Below, piece by piece: positions 28,247 to 38,056 of a stretch of DNA of 64,000 bases. The notes under the pieces were generated by a model. It was not told the origin of the DNA. It saw only the letters and a program-made list of their open reading frames with translations, and ran no database searches. A program made the translations under genes and the position numbers. Origin of the DNA: Geopsychrobacteraceae bacterium (GTDB taxonomy: Bacteria > Desulfobacterota > Desulfuromonadia > Desulfuromonadales > Geopsychrobacteraceae); the NCBI GenBank assembly GCA_963676795.2, contig CAXXTB010000001.1:1216001-1280000 (forward strand), given 5' to 3'. Positions within the stretch are counted from its first letter, which is position 1; the number at the start of each line of letters is the position of its first letter.

Positions 28247-29266
28247 ATGCATGAGGCTCTGCTTTACGACAAGCTGGACAAACAGCGGGTCAGATGTAAT
28301 CTCTGCGCCCATCACTGTAATATCGCAGTCGGACACAGAGGATTTTGCCAGGTTCGCTACAACGAGAATGGCACCCTCTATACCACCGCCTACGGGCGCA
28401 CCATCAGCCGCAATATCGATCCGATCGAGAAGAAGCCGCTCTATCATTTCTATCCCGGCAGCAAGTCTTTTTCGATTGCCACTCCCGGCTGCAACATGCG
28501 CTGCGAATGGTGTCAGAACTGGAATATCTCTCAGCCATCCTGTGACGCCGAACTCAATGCCGGGGTCGCGATGAGTGCGCAGGAGATTGTCGCCGCGGCC
28601 AAAGCGACCGCCTGTTGGTCGATCGCCTATACTTACACCGAACCGACGATCTTTTTCGAATACGCCCTTGAGATCGCCCGTCTGGCCAAAGAAGAGGGGA
28701 TTGCCAACGTCTTTGTCAGCAACGGCTATATGACCGCTGCCATGCTGGAGATGATCGCCCCCTATCTCGATGCGGCTAATATCGACCTGAAGTGCTTCAA
28801 CGGTGCCGCCTACCGCAAATATACCTCGGCCTGTCTGCAGCCGGTGCTCGATAATCTGATCGCGCTGCACCGCTCGGGGATTTGGCTGGAAGTGACCACC
28901 CTGATCATCCCCGGCATCAACGATGATCCTGAGGAACTCAAACAACTGGCGGAATTTATTGCGACTCGTCTCAGTGTCGACGTTCCCTGGCATGTCAGCC
29001 GTTTCTTTCCCCAATATCATCTGCGCCACCTGCCGCCGACCCCGCCGGAAACCCTGGATATGACTGTCAAGATCGGCAAGCAGGCCGGTCTGCGCTACGT
29101 CTATCCCGGCAATCTGGCCGGTGAGGTGCCAACCTCCTGTCCGGCTTGTGGAGCCGAGCTGATCGAACGGCGCGGCTTTTCTCTGAGCCGGAATCGCGTC
29201 ACAGCGCAGGGCTGCTGTCCGGATTGCGGGGCCAAACTCGCCGGGATCGGCATGGCTGGGGCATAA
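28247..29266 (+). CDS. amrS: AmmeMemoRadiSam system radical SAM enzyme
   Basis: C..C.H.C...G.C.VR, DPIEKKPLYHFYPG, GCNMRCEWCQNW, AYTYTEP, C-terminal CPAC/CPDC; GGAGG RBS. Confidence 0.9.
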   Translation: MHEALLYDKLDKQRVRCNLCAHHCNIAVGHRGFCQVRYNENGTLYTTAYGRTISRNIDPIEKKPLYHFYPGSKSFSIATPGCNMRCEWCQNWNISQPSCDAELNAGVAMSAQEIVAAAKATACWSIAYTYTEPTIFFEYALEIARLAKEEGIANVFVSNGYMTAAMLEMIAPYLDAANIDLKCFNGAAYRKYTSACLQPVLDNLIALHRSGIWLEVTTLIIPGINDDPEELKQLAEFIATRLSVDVPWHVSRFFPQYHLRHLPPTPPETLDMTVKIGKQAGLRYVYPGNLAGEVPTSCPACGAELIERRGFSLSRNRVTAQGCCPDCGAKLAGIGMAGA

Positions 29267-29345
29267 TGAAAAGCTGAAGCATATATCCGCCCTTTTCAGG
29301 AGCAGGCGCGGGTTCCCTGTCTCGAGGTGTCTTGTCTGAATGGGC

Positions 29346-31664
29346 CTATGGCTTGGCGGGGTCATGAAGCCCTTTCCACACAGCTTCCGCCAGTTTTTTG
29401 CGCGAGAAGGGTTTCTGGATGAAATGGACGGCTTCGTCCAGAACCCCCTGCCTGGAGATAAGAGCGGCGCTGTAGCCGGACATATAGAGGGTCTTGAGGC
29501 CGGGAATAATGGTTCTGAGCTGTTCCGCAAGCTCCGGACCGTTGGTATCGGCCAGGATGACGTCGCTGAGCAGTAGCTTGATTTCGCTGCGCTTCTCTGC
29601 GGCCAGCTTGAGGGCCGTGGCTTTTTCCGTCGCGCTGAGCACGCGGTAGCCGAGCAGTTCGAGCATCTGTTCGCAGATGGTCAGGATGGCCGCTTCATCT
29701 TCAACGACAAGGATCATTTCTCCCGCCCCCGAATAATTCTGCGCGGATTCCACCTCAGGCTGTTGCGGCGCCTGGTCCGAGTATTCGCTTATGTAGATCC
29801 TGAAGGTTGTCCCCTTGCCCGGTTCGCTGTAGACGTTGATAAAGCCGCTGTTCTGTTTGATGATACCGTAAACCGTCGCCAGCCCGAGGCCGGTCCCCTT
29901 GCCCTGCTCCTTGGTTGTAAAAAAGGGCTCGAAGATCTTTTCCTGAGTCTCCTTGTCCATTCCGGTTCCGTTGTCGCTCACGCTGAGACAGACATAGCGG
30001 CCCGGAATGAAATCCGCATGCATGGCACTGTACTGCTCATCGATATGGATCCTGCTGGTCTGGATCGTGATATGCCCCCCTGTCGGCATGGCGTCCCCGG
30101 CGTTAATGCAGAGATTGGTCAGGACCTGGTCAAGCTGACCGAGGTCGATCTTGACGACACAGGGCTCACCGCAGGGGGCCCAGTCGAGATGAACCTTTTC
30201 TCCGAGCAGCCGCTCGAGCATCCTGAGTGTCTGCTCCACGCGCTGGTTGAGGTCAATGATCTGCGGAGCGATGGTCTGCTTGCGCGCGAAGCCGAGCAGT
30301 TGCCGGGTGATCTCCGCAGAGCGGTTGGCCGCGTCGATGATGCTGTTCAGGTAGACGGATCCAGGGTTCTGGTCGCCTATCTTTCGTTGGGCGAGTTCTG
30401 AGTTGCCGATAATGACGCTGAGCATATTGTTGAAGTCGTGAGCCACTCCACCGGCCAGCCGCCCTATCGATTCCATCTTCTGAGACTGGAGAAGCTGTTC
30501 CTGGAGATCCTGATTGGCTTTCTCCCGCGCGATACGCTCGCTGATATCCTCGACGGAGATCATGATGCCGGTGATGTCTCCCTCCTGGTTGCTGAGTGGG
30601 GCACAGGAGATCGAGGCGTAGAATGTGGTTCCGTCATTTTTCACCAGTTCGAATTCCAGGCCGCGATGGACTGTCCCGCTGTGACATTCCTGGCAGAGGG
30701 TCTGGAAACGCAGAATCTCGCTGGGGTCGATGAGGGGCGTCAGCGATTCGCCCAACTCCATTTTTTCCCAACCGAACAGTTTTTCCGCCGAAACTGTCCA
30801 GATCGCTATCCGGTGGTGCAGGTCGACACTGAAGAGCGCGACCGGGGAACAGGCGATCAGGGCCCTGATCTCTTCATTTTTGGTGTGCAGCTCATTGATA
30901 TTGTCCCGGATCGCGTCGCGCATATGGCTGAGACTGGTTCCCAGCTTGCTTAACTCCGCAGCCGGGAAATGACCGATATCCCGGTGCAGGTTGCCATTGG
31001 CGATATCGGTCGTCGCATCGATCAGCTGGTTGATCGGCTGATGGACAAAATGTTTGAAGGCCAGCCAGAACAGGGCTATGACGATGACAAACAGCAGGAT
31101 GCAGAGTATGACGGACGTGAGTACCGTGTTCAGGATCTTGTCTTTGACGATATGTTGTGGAAAGCCAATATCTATGGTTCCGATCAGCTTGTTGTCATCA
31201 TCGCTGACCGGAACCAGGGTATGATAGGCTTCCGCGACTCTCAGGGTGGTCACCTGCTGACGGCTGAGCGCTGCGAGCAGAGCCGGGTTATCGACGCTCT
31301 TCCCGCGGAAGGTCGGGTCGTTGTGGGCGGCAATCCGTCCTGACGGGTCGAGGACAGCGATAAAGGCAACATACATGTCGCGGTTGGCCGTGTAGGTTTT
31401 TCTGACCTGGAGATAGGAGGTTTCCAGGTTCAGGAAGTTGTCGGTCGGGCCGAGCAGCTTACGACGGGCCAGAATATCGACACTGATATTCTGGGCAAGG
31501 GTCACCGAGCGCCATTCGATGGCTTCCAGATAATTGGCCCGGAAGCTGTTGAGGTAGAGGGCGGAACTCAAGGCGAGCGTCACCAGGACAATCAACCCGA
31601 TGAAAAACAGGACCTTGGTCTGCAGACTCTGGCTTATGGAATATGGCCGTTTTTTTATCTGCAC
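29346..31664 (-). CDS. Hybrid sensor histidine kinase (TM-periplasmic Cache-like-TM-HAMP-PAS-HisKA-HATPase-REC)
   Basis: QSQKMESIGRLAGGVAHDFNN (H box), NLCINA, DNGTGM, FEPFFTTK, GTGLGL; REC domain VVEDE..LLSDVIL..FIQKPF. Confidence 0.95.
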   Translation of the reverse strand: MQIKKRPYSISQSLQTKVLFFIGLIVLVTLALSSALYLNSFRANYLEAIEWRSVTLAQNISVDILARRKLLGPTDNFLNLETSYLQVRKTYTANRDMYVAFIAVLDPSGRIAAHNDPTFRGKSVDNPALLAALSRQQVTTLRVAEAYHTLVPVSDDDNKLIGTIDIGFPQHIVKDKILNTVLTSVILCILLFVIVIALFWLAFKHFVHQPINQLIDATTDIANGNLHRDIGHFPAAELSKLGTSLSHMRDAIRDNINELHTKNEEIRALIACSPVALFSVDLHHRIAIWTVSAEKLFGWEKMELGESLTPLIDPSEILRFQTLCQECHSGTVHRGLEFELVKNDGTTFYASISCAPLSNQEGDITGIMISVEDISERIAREKANQDLQEQLLQSQKMESIGRLAGGVAHDFNNMLSVIIGNSELAQRKIGDQNPGSVYLNSIIDAANRSAEITRQLLGFARKQTIAPQIIDLNQRVEQTLRMLERLLGEKVHLDWAPCGEPCVVKIDLGQLDQVLTNLCINAGDAMPTGGHITIQTSRIHIDEQYSAMHADFIPGRYVCLSVSDNGTGMDKETQEKIFEPFFTTKEQGKGTGLGLATVYGIIKQNSGFINVYSEPGKGTTFRIYISEYSDQAPQQPEVESAQNYSGAGEMILVVEDEAAILTICEQMLELLGYRVLSATEKATALKLAAEKRSEIKLLLSDVILADTNGPELAEQLRTIIPGLKTLYMSGYSAALISRQGVLDEAVHFIQKPFSRKKLAEAVWKGLHDPAKP

Positions 31665-31750
31665 TCTTCAGTGACTCCGCTCAGAGTTTTCTTACAAGTC
31701 ACATGTTGTTGACTTTATGGCATGTTTTTGGAAATGCTTCCAGCGGTTCT

Positions 31751-32791
31751 CTAGAAATTGTAGCCCAGTTCCTTTTCCGCTGCAGCTGTCGCCGAGAGAA
31801 CCTCCTTGACCCATTGTTCGCCGACATTCTGTTTCAGCCAGTCGATTGCCGACTGGCGGGTTCGCTGGCGAAACTGCACATACTCTTCATTGGTCGGTTT
31901 GTAAACCTCAACGCCTTTCGATTGCAGATAAGCCAGGCCTTCCTGCTCATTGAGGATGGCAAGCCCTCGATTGACGACCAAGGCTGATTCGCTGGCCTGT
32001 TTGAGAACCAACTTCAGGTCGTCCGGCAGGGACTGATACCAGGCCTCATTGATCAGTAGCGTGTAGTTTGCGTAAATATGCCCGTCAAGAACGACATATT
32101 TCTGGATATTTTCAAAATGGGGAATGAGGAAGGTTGAGATCGAGTTCTCCTGCCCGTCAACGATGCCCGATTCGATCGCCTCATAGACGTTTGGCCAGCC
32201 GATTGGAATGCCGCTGGCGCCGAGATCGCTGACAATCTTGATGTGTAACGGGCTTTCCATAGTTCTGATTTTGAGCCCCTTCATGTCGGCCGGGCTGTGA
32301 ATCGGCCTTTTGTTGTTGGAGTAATGGCGAAACCCTCCATTCTCAAACCAGCGTAGCGGGCGCAGCCCGGTTCGGGCCGCCATGTCTTCAATCAGTTTTG
32401 CTCCGAGCGGCCCATCCAGAACGTGCCAGGCAATATCTCGTTCGGCGAACAGGTAGGGGATCGAGAGGATCTGAATCGGCGGGTAGATGGTTGCAAAATG
32501 GCCATCGGCAAAATCGCGGGCCTGGACGATGTTGCTGCGCACCATGTCAATCATCTCGAGAGACGACAAGCCGAGGGTTTCGGCAAAGAGTTCGACTTTT
32601 AATCGGCCATTGGAGCGGTTTTCTATCTCTGTTTTCAGGATTTCAAAAGGGGTCCAGCCAAAGTTGTTGCTTGTGGCGGGATTGCCGATAGCGATCTTCA
32701 TGACGTGGTCAGCGTTTTCTGCTGAGAAAGTTGAGATCGGCCGGCAAGTGAAGAGCAGGCCCAATAAAATGACGACAGTGATTCTTTTCAT
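31751..32791 (-). CDS. dctP: TRAP transporter substrate-binding protein (DctP family)
   Basis: Signal peptide; SIPYLF, ENGGFRH, DMKGLKIRTM (carboxylate-binding Arg), GIVDGQEN. Confidence 0.92.
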   Translation of the reverse strand: MKRITVVILLGLLFTCRPISTFSAENADHVMKIAIGNPATSNNFGWTPFEILKTEIENRSNGRLKVELFAETLGLSSLEMIDMVRSNIVQARDFADGHFATIYPPIQILSIPYLFAERDIAWHVLDGPLGAKLIEDMAARTGLRPLRWFENGGFRHYSNNKRPIHSPADMKGLKIRTMESPLHIKIVSDLGASGIPIGWPNVYEAIESGIVDGQENSISTFLIPHFENIQKYVVLDGHIYANYTLLINEAWYQSLPDDLKLVLKQASESALVVNRGLAILNEQEGLAYLQSKGVEVYKPTNEEYVQFRQRTRQSAIDWLKQNVGEQWVKEVLSATAAAEKELGYNF

Positions 32792-33067
32792 GGGGGCTCC
32801 TTATGTTTGTTGTCCGGGACATGCTGTCGAACGAGTGGTATGCCTATAAACTTTAGCATACCCGTGGGGAAACGGGATTTTTAAGATTTGCATGAAAAAT
32901 AAACAAAATTTTAGGGGCTTCGCTGGGCTGTGTGTCCGTTTGTTAGTTTTTGGTTAGTTGGTTGACACCGACGAATATTTAGCGGAGATTGCATGGCGAT
33001 AATGTGATTTATTCACTTTAATGAATTTAATTTGGCTATCTGTATGAACATAGCAAACGGACTCACC

Positions 33068-35356
33068 ATGCTGTTTTCCGCTTCGGACGTGAGCAAGACA
33101 TATGAGCAGAAGTTCAGGCAGTTCGTTTTTTTTCAATACGGACTGATCCTGTTTTTTCTCCTGGTTCTGGGTCTTTCCTGGGGGCTGAGCCTGAGTCACC
33201 TGCGTGGTAATCGCAGCTTCATTGTCAAAGGTGTCAACAAGAGCCAGGCGAACCTGACTTCGATCATCGCCGAAAACCTTTTTCAGGTGCTGGATCAGAA
33301 CAAGGCAATCGGCCTGATCGCCAGTGACTGGATGAAGAGCCGGGCTGATAACCGTTTTGAAGCGATCCAGTCCTTTATCTACAGTGAACAGGCTTTCAAC
33401 CGGATTGTCTTCTACGATGCGTCCGGTCAGGCGATTTACCAGTCTTCTCCCGTACAGGGAGAAAAAATATCCTCCGTAGAGATCGGAGCTCTGATCCGGA
33501 AGCTGATCAACTCGGATCAGGACCTGATGTTTTTCCCTGAATCCTTTCGGGGGCAAAGAGACTGGCAGATTCCTCTGCTGTTCCGCTTGCAGAGAGCCGC
33601 CGAGATCGATGGTGTGATGCTGCTGGAACTGAACCTGGGCTATTTTCTCAACCTGTTTCAGACTATTGATATCGGCCGAACAGGGGCTATTGTTATCAGC
33701 ACCAGTGATGGCGTGGTGCTCGCCAGCTATGAGAATGGCGGTCTTGCCCTGATCGATTCGAATTCCCCGGAGAAAAACAGATTCGCCAGGTTTATAGAGA
33801 CCAGTCGCAAGGTCGAAAACTACCCTTTTGTGGTCACTCTCCGTCAGAGTCAGGTCGAAGCTCTGCAGGATTACGATGCCTATCGTTCCATGCATCTGTG
33901 GTTGCTGGCAGGGGTGACGCTTGTTGTCATCATTGTCCTTTTTCTGATGCTGCAACTGCTTAAACGCAAGCGGCATTATCTGAAAATTCTTTCGGAAGCT
34001 TACGCCGAAAATCAGCAGTTGGTGGCCAGGCTTGAGAAGGAACATGAGAATGCGGTCAGCGCCGCTTCATTTGATGCCTTGACCGGCCTGTACAACAGAC
34101 GGGTGTTTTCTTCGCTGGCCGCGCACAATCTCAGGCAGGCCCGGCGCATCGGTCTGAATCTTGCCGTTCTGTTTATCGATCTGGACCGCTTCAAGCCGAT
34201 CAATGATTCTCTGGGACACAAGATTGGCGACATGCTGCTTAAGACGATCGCCGACAGGCTGAAAAACTGCGTCAGGGATACCGACATCGTGGCCCGCTTC
34301 GGTGGCGATGAATTCGTCGTCATGCTGACCGGCATGAAAGATACGACCAGAGTTGCCGATATCGCCGAAAAGATTATTACCGATCTGTCTCTGCCCTGCG
34401 TGCTGGACGGCCATCAGGTTTCGGTCACACCAAGTATCGGCATCGCTCTCTATCCGTGCGATGGAGAGGAGATCGACAGCCTGGTCCGCAACGCCGATGC
34501 GGCAATGTATGGAGCCAAAAAAACGGGGCGGGGGAGCTACTGTTTCTTCGATCAGAGCCTCAACCGGATATCTCCTCAGCAGTTTGAGCTGGAACAGCGC
34601 ATCCCTGCCGCCCTGAAATCGGATGAATTTGTTCTGCACTATCAGCCGAAAGTGCGTCTGGAGGATACCAGGGTTGTCGGGCTTGAGGCTCTGATTCGCT
34701 GGGATCACCCTGATTACGGGCTGCTCTATCCCAATGATTTTATCACCCATGTTGAAGAGAGCGGCTTGTTCGTAGAAATGGGGCGCTGGGTGCTTGATCG
34801 GGCCTGCCGGCAGATCGCCGAGTGGCGGGGCCTGGGACTGGAAACCGTGCCTGTCGCGGTCAACGTTTCGCCGATAGAAATGAACAACAAGGGCTATGCC
34901 GAGAAGTTCATCGCCATCATCGCCAGTCATCAGCTGCAGGCCGGTGATATTCATATCGAAATCACTGAAAGCGCGATCATCGAAAACCAACAGGTGGTTA
35001 TGGATAACCTGGAGCAACTGGCCCGATTCGGCATTCCTATTGCTCTCGACGATTTCGGCAAGGGGTTTTCCAGCTTCCATAATATCCGAACCCTGCCGTT
35101 GAGCACGCTGAAGATCGATCGCAGTTTCATCCAGGATATCAAGAACAACAGCAGCGATAATGCCATCGTTTCTTCAGCGATTTCACTGGCGAAAAAACTG
35201 AAACTGTCGGTCGTTGCCGAAGGGATCGAAAGTCATGATCAGTTGATTCACCTCAAGCTGGCCGGCTGTGACGAGGTTCAGGGTTACCTGTTCAGCAGAC
35301 CCGTTTCACCGGAGCAGACCAAAAGTTTTCTCCTCAATCCCTATATGAAAATTTAA
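33068..35356 (+). CDS. Membrane diguanylate cyclase/phosphodiesterase (Cache-like sensor + GGDEF + EAL); start may be 33044
   Basis: Two TM helices flank a periplasmic domain; DALTGLYNRR, IDLDRFK.IND, RFGGDEF; YQPK, EALIRW, EITES, LDDFGKG, KIDRSF, AEGIE, QGYLFSRP. Confidence 0.95.
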   Translation: MLFSASDVSKTYEQKFRQFVFFQYGLILFFLLVLGLSWGLSLSHLRGNRSFIVKGVNKSQANLTSIIAENLFQVLDQNKAIGLIASDWMKSRADNRFEAIQSFIYSEQAFNRIVFYDASGQAIYQSSPVQGEKISSVEIGALIRKLINSDQDLMFFPESFRGQRDWQIPLLFRLQRAAEIDGVMLLELNLGYFLNLFQTIDIGRTGAIVISTSDGVVLASYENGGLALIDSNSPEKNRFARFIETSRKVENYPFVVTLRQSQVEALQDYDAYRSMHLWLLAGVTLVVIIVLFLMLQLLKRKRHYLKILSEAYAENQQLVARLEKEHENAVSAASFDALTGLYNRRVFSSLAAHNLRQARRIGLNLAVLFIDLDRFKPINDSLGHKIGDMLLKTIADRLKNCVRDTDIVARFGGDEFVVMLTGMKDTTRVADIAEKIITDLSLPCVLDGHQVSVTPSIGIALYPCDGEEIDSLVRNADAAMYGAKKTGRGSYCFFDQSLNRISPQQFELEQRIPAALKSDEFVLHYQPKVRLEDTRVVGLEALIRWDHPDYGLLYPNDFITHVEESGLFVEMGRWVLDRACRQIAEWRGLGLETVPVAVNVSPIEMNNKGYAEKFIAIIASHQLQAGDIHIEITESAIIENQQVVMDNLEQLARFGIPIALDDFGKGFSSFHNIRTLPLSTLKIDRSFIQDIKNNSSDNAIVSSAISLAKKLKLSVVAEGIESHDQLIHLKLAGCDEVQGYLFSRPVSPEQTKSFLLNPYMKI

Positions 35357-35372
35357 CATCCGGTTGTAGCTA

Positions 35373-36263
35373 ATGAACTTCAGACATTTCTTCCGTCTCG
35401 CCCTGCTTGCCGCGATCCTGTTCGTCAGTCCAGTCACTATGGCGCGTAGCGCAGATTCGGCGGGGCAACCGCTCTATTTTTCACTGATTCCGAAAAAGAA
35501 CATCGATCAGCAGCTGAAGGATCTGAGCCCTCTGCTCGAGTTGCTGGAGACGAAACTCCAGCGGCCGATCGAGGTGGTTCGACCACAGTCCTATCAGTCT
35601 GTTGTCGAAGGGGTTCTGTCCCGCTCCATCGATTTCGCTGTTCTGGGGCCGGCATCCTATGCGATGGCCAAGGTGCGTGATCCTGAGATCGAGGCCTTCG
35701 CCTGTTTCAGCAAGGGGGCAACGGCCTTTACTCCACCGGGGTCCTTTTATTTGTCACTGCTGATCAGCTTGAAGACATCAGGGATTGTCGAACTGGAAGA
35801 TCTCAAGGGCGCGACCGTCGCTTTTACCGACCCGGCCAGTACCTCGGGATCCTTGATCCCCTCGACAGAGTTTGCAGCCCAGCTCGATAGGCCTCTCGAG
35901 AACTTCTTTGCCCGGCAGGTCTATACCGGATCTCACGACCGTTCCATTGAAGCGGTTATCAAAAACAGGGTCGATGCCGCATTCGTGGCCAGCGCCAGGC
36001 TGGATGAGGCCGTGCGGAAAGGCCAGGTCACTCCGGACCAGCTCAATATCCTCTGGCAGTCGCGGGCGATTCACTACGATCCGTTTGTTTTCAGGGGAGG
36101 GTTGGATCCGGAGCTGAAAGAACAGATTCGCCTGATCATGCTGGCCTCGGATGACATGTTGCGTGCAATGCACGAGAAGATGAATAATGTCGGCATCGAA
36201 GCGGTCAGTGACGCAGACTATCAGCCTATTCACGATCTGGTCGAAAACGGGGCCGTGCTCTGA
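35373..36263 (+). CDS. Phosphate/phosphite/phosphonate-binding periplasmic protein (PhnD-like)
   Basis: Signal peptide; LGPASY, AFTDPASTSG, GSHD, VDAAFV motifs. Confidence 0.9.
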   Translation: MNFRHFFRLALLAAILFVSPVTMARSADSAGQPLYFSLIPKKNIDQQLKDLSPLLELLETKLQRPIEVVRPQSYQSVVEGVLSRSIDFAVLGPASYAMAKVRDPEIEAFACFSKGATAFTPPGSFYLSLLISLKTSGIVELEDLKGATVAFTDPASTSGSLIPSTEFAAQLDRPLENFFARQVYTGSHDRSIEAVIKNRVDAAFVASARLDEAVRKGQVTPDQLNILWQSRAIHYDPFVFRGGLDPELKEQIRLIMLASDDMLRAMHEKMNNVGIEAVSDADYQPIHDLVENGAVL

Positions 36264-36290
36264 GTTGATGTGGAGGAGGGGAGGGAAGGC

Positions 36291-36584
36291 TCAGCTGTTC
36301 TCGAGCTTGTTCAGATATTCATCCCACTCGATCGGCAGCATGTGCTGTTTCTTGCTGTTGCACTCCTTGCACGCCGGGACGCAGTTCCCCTTGGTGCTGT
36401 GTCCGCCGCGTACCAGCGGGACGACATGGTCAAGGGTCAGCTCTTTGGGCGGAACCTGCTTGCCGCAGTAGTGGCAGACCCCCTTGGCGATCTTGTTCTT
36501 CCACCAGCTTTGCTTGCGCAGTTCCCGCGCCTTGGCGCGTTCGCGACCTATATGCTCTTCGTCCATGCTGACGAACCAGTCCAT
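36291..36584 (-). CDS. Small HNH endonuclease
   Basis: CHYC...LTLDHVVPLVRGG.STKGNCVPACKECN; AAGGAG RBS. Confidence 0.9.
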   Translation of the reverse strand: MDWFVSMDEEHIGRERAKARELRKQSWWKNKIAKGVCHYCGKQVPPKELTLDHVVPLVRGGHSTKGNCVPACKECNSKKQHMLPIEWDEYLNKLENS

Positions 36585-36703
36585 TGCTATACTCCTTGAT
36601 AGTCCGTCCAGGATTTTGCGAAATATTGCACAATTTGTCAAATTATGAGATTCTGCCCCCGCCGCCGATGTGCGGTATGACGTTGTTTCGAAAGAGATAA
36701 TCT

Positions 36704-38056
36704 ATGAAAATCCTTATCGTTGGCTCCGGTCAGGTCGGCTATTTCCTCTGCGACCGGCTGTCTCGTGAAGGGCATGAGGTGACCCTCGTCGATCAGGACG
36801 CGGAGCGCATCGAACGTGCCCAGGATCGCCTGAATGTTCTCGGTATCGTCGGCAACGGTGCCAGCGCTGAAACGCTGGAGCAAGCTGGCATCAAAGACGC
36901 CGATATCTTCATCGCGGTCACCAATATGGACGAGGTGAACATCCTCGCCTGCCTGATTGCCCGGGAATACCAGGTTGAGATCCTTGTCGCCCGGACCAAA
37001 AGTATCGAATATACCAGCGAAAAAGCGATCCTCTCCAAGGAGAAGCTCGGCATCGACCTGCTCATCAATCCCGAGGATGCCGTCGCTGTCGAACTGACCA
37101 AGCTGTCCTGCAACTCCAAGGCGTTCGATGTCGCCGAGTTTGCCGAGGGGCAGATCCTGTTTCAGGGCTACCGGATCGAAGAGGGGAGCCCGCTATGCGA
37201 CCTGACCCTGGCGGAATTGGGAGAACTGCGCGGCATGTACCGCTTTGTCGTGGTCGCCATCAATCGCGGTGACGAGACCATCATTCCGCGTGGTGATGAC
37301 ACGATTCAGGCCGGCGACCGGATTTATATCTTCGCCCCGCAGCAGGAGATGCCGGCGATCAACTATATGCTTCAGTCGCAGCGGGAGAATGAAGTCGCTT
37401 CGCGCCGGGCTTTTGTCCTCGGCGGCAGCCGGATCGGCCTGCAGGTGGCCCGTAACCTGGAAAATCTGCAGTTTCGGACCAAGCTGATCGAAAAGGACGA
37501 GTCGCGATGCATCCGCCTTGCCGAACAGCTCAACAAGGCGGTTGTCATCAATGCCGACGGCCTGGATGTCCCGACCCTGATCGACGAAGGATTGAACGAA
37601 GCCGGCGTCTTCATCGCCGTGACGGAAAACGATCAGACCAATATCCTGACTTGCCTGCTGGCCCGGCAGCACAAGGTAAAAAGGACCATGGCGCTGGTCA
37701 GTCAGCCCGAGCTGATCAAACTGGCCTCCGATCTGGGGATCGATGCCTGTATCTCGCCGCGGCTCTCGGCCGCAGCGGCGATACTCAAGTTTGTGCGGCG
37801 CGGTGAGATTATCTCCCTGACGGCTGTCGAAGGAAGCAACTCCGAAGTTCTCGAGATCGAGGTCAGCGAGGGGAGCAACCTGCAGGGGGTGCCCTTGAGC
37901 GAACTGCATTTCCCGCGCGGGGCGATTATCGGGGCCATTGTCCATGGTGAAACCTATGAGATTCCGACCGGCTCGAGCACTTTCCTGGCAGGAGACCGGG
38001 TCGTCGTCTTTACCCTTCCCGAAGCGCTGCAAAAGGTCGAAAGGTTTTTTTCCTAG
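36704..38056 (+). CDS. trkA: Trk potassium uptake NAD-binding subunit
   Basis: IVGSGQVG and LGGSRIG Rossmann motifs, duplicated RCK domains; abuts trkH. Confidence 0.95.
   Translation: MKILIVGSGQVGYFLCDRLSREGHEVTLVDQDAERIERAQDRLNVLGIVGNGASAETLEQAGIKDADIFIAVTNMDEVNILACLIAREYQVEILVARTKSIEYTSEKAILSKEKLGIDLLINPEDAVAVELTKLSCNSKAFDVAEFAEGQILFQGYRIEEGSPLCDLTLAELGELRGMYRFVVVAINRGDETIIPRGDDTIQAGDRIYIFAPQQEMPAINYMLQSQRENEVASRRAFVLGGSRIGLQVARNLENLQFRTKLIEKDESRCIRLAEQLNKAVVINADGLDVPTLIDEGLNEAGVFIAVTENDQTNILTCLLARQHKVKRTMALVSQPELIKLASDLGIDACISPRLSAAAAILKFVRRGEIISLTAVEGSNSEVLEIEVSEGSNLQGVPLSELHFPRGAIIGAIVHGETYEIPTGSSTFLAGDRVVVFTLPEALQKVERFFS

Noticed and set aside
36291..36584. HNH gene as part of a defence system or homing element
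   Set aside because: Small stand-alone gene divergent from trkA, with no methylase, ATPase, intron or other partner nearby
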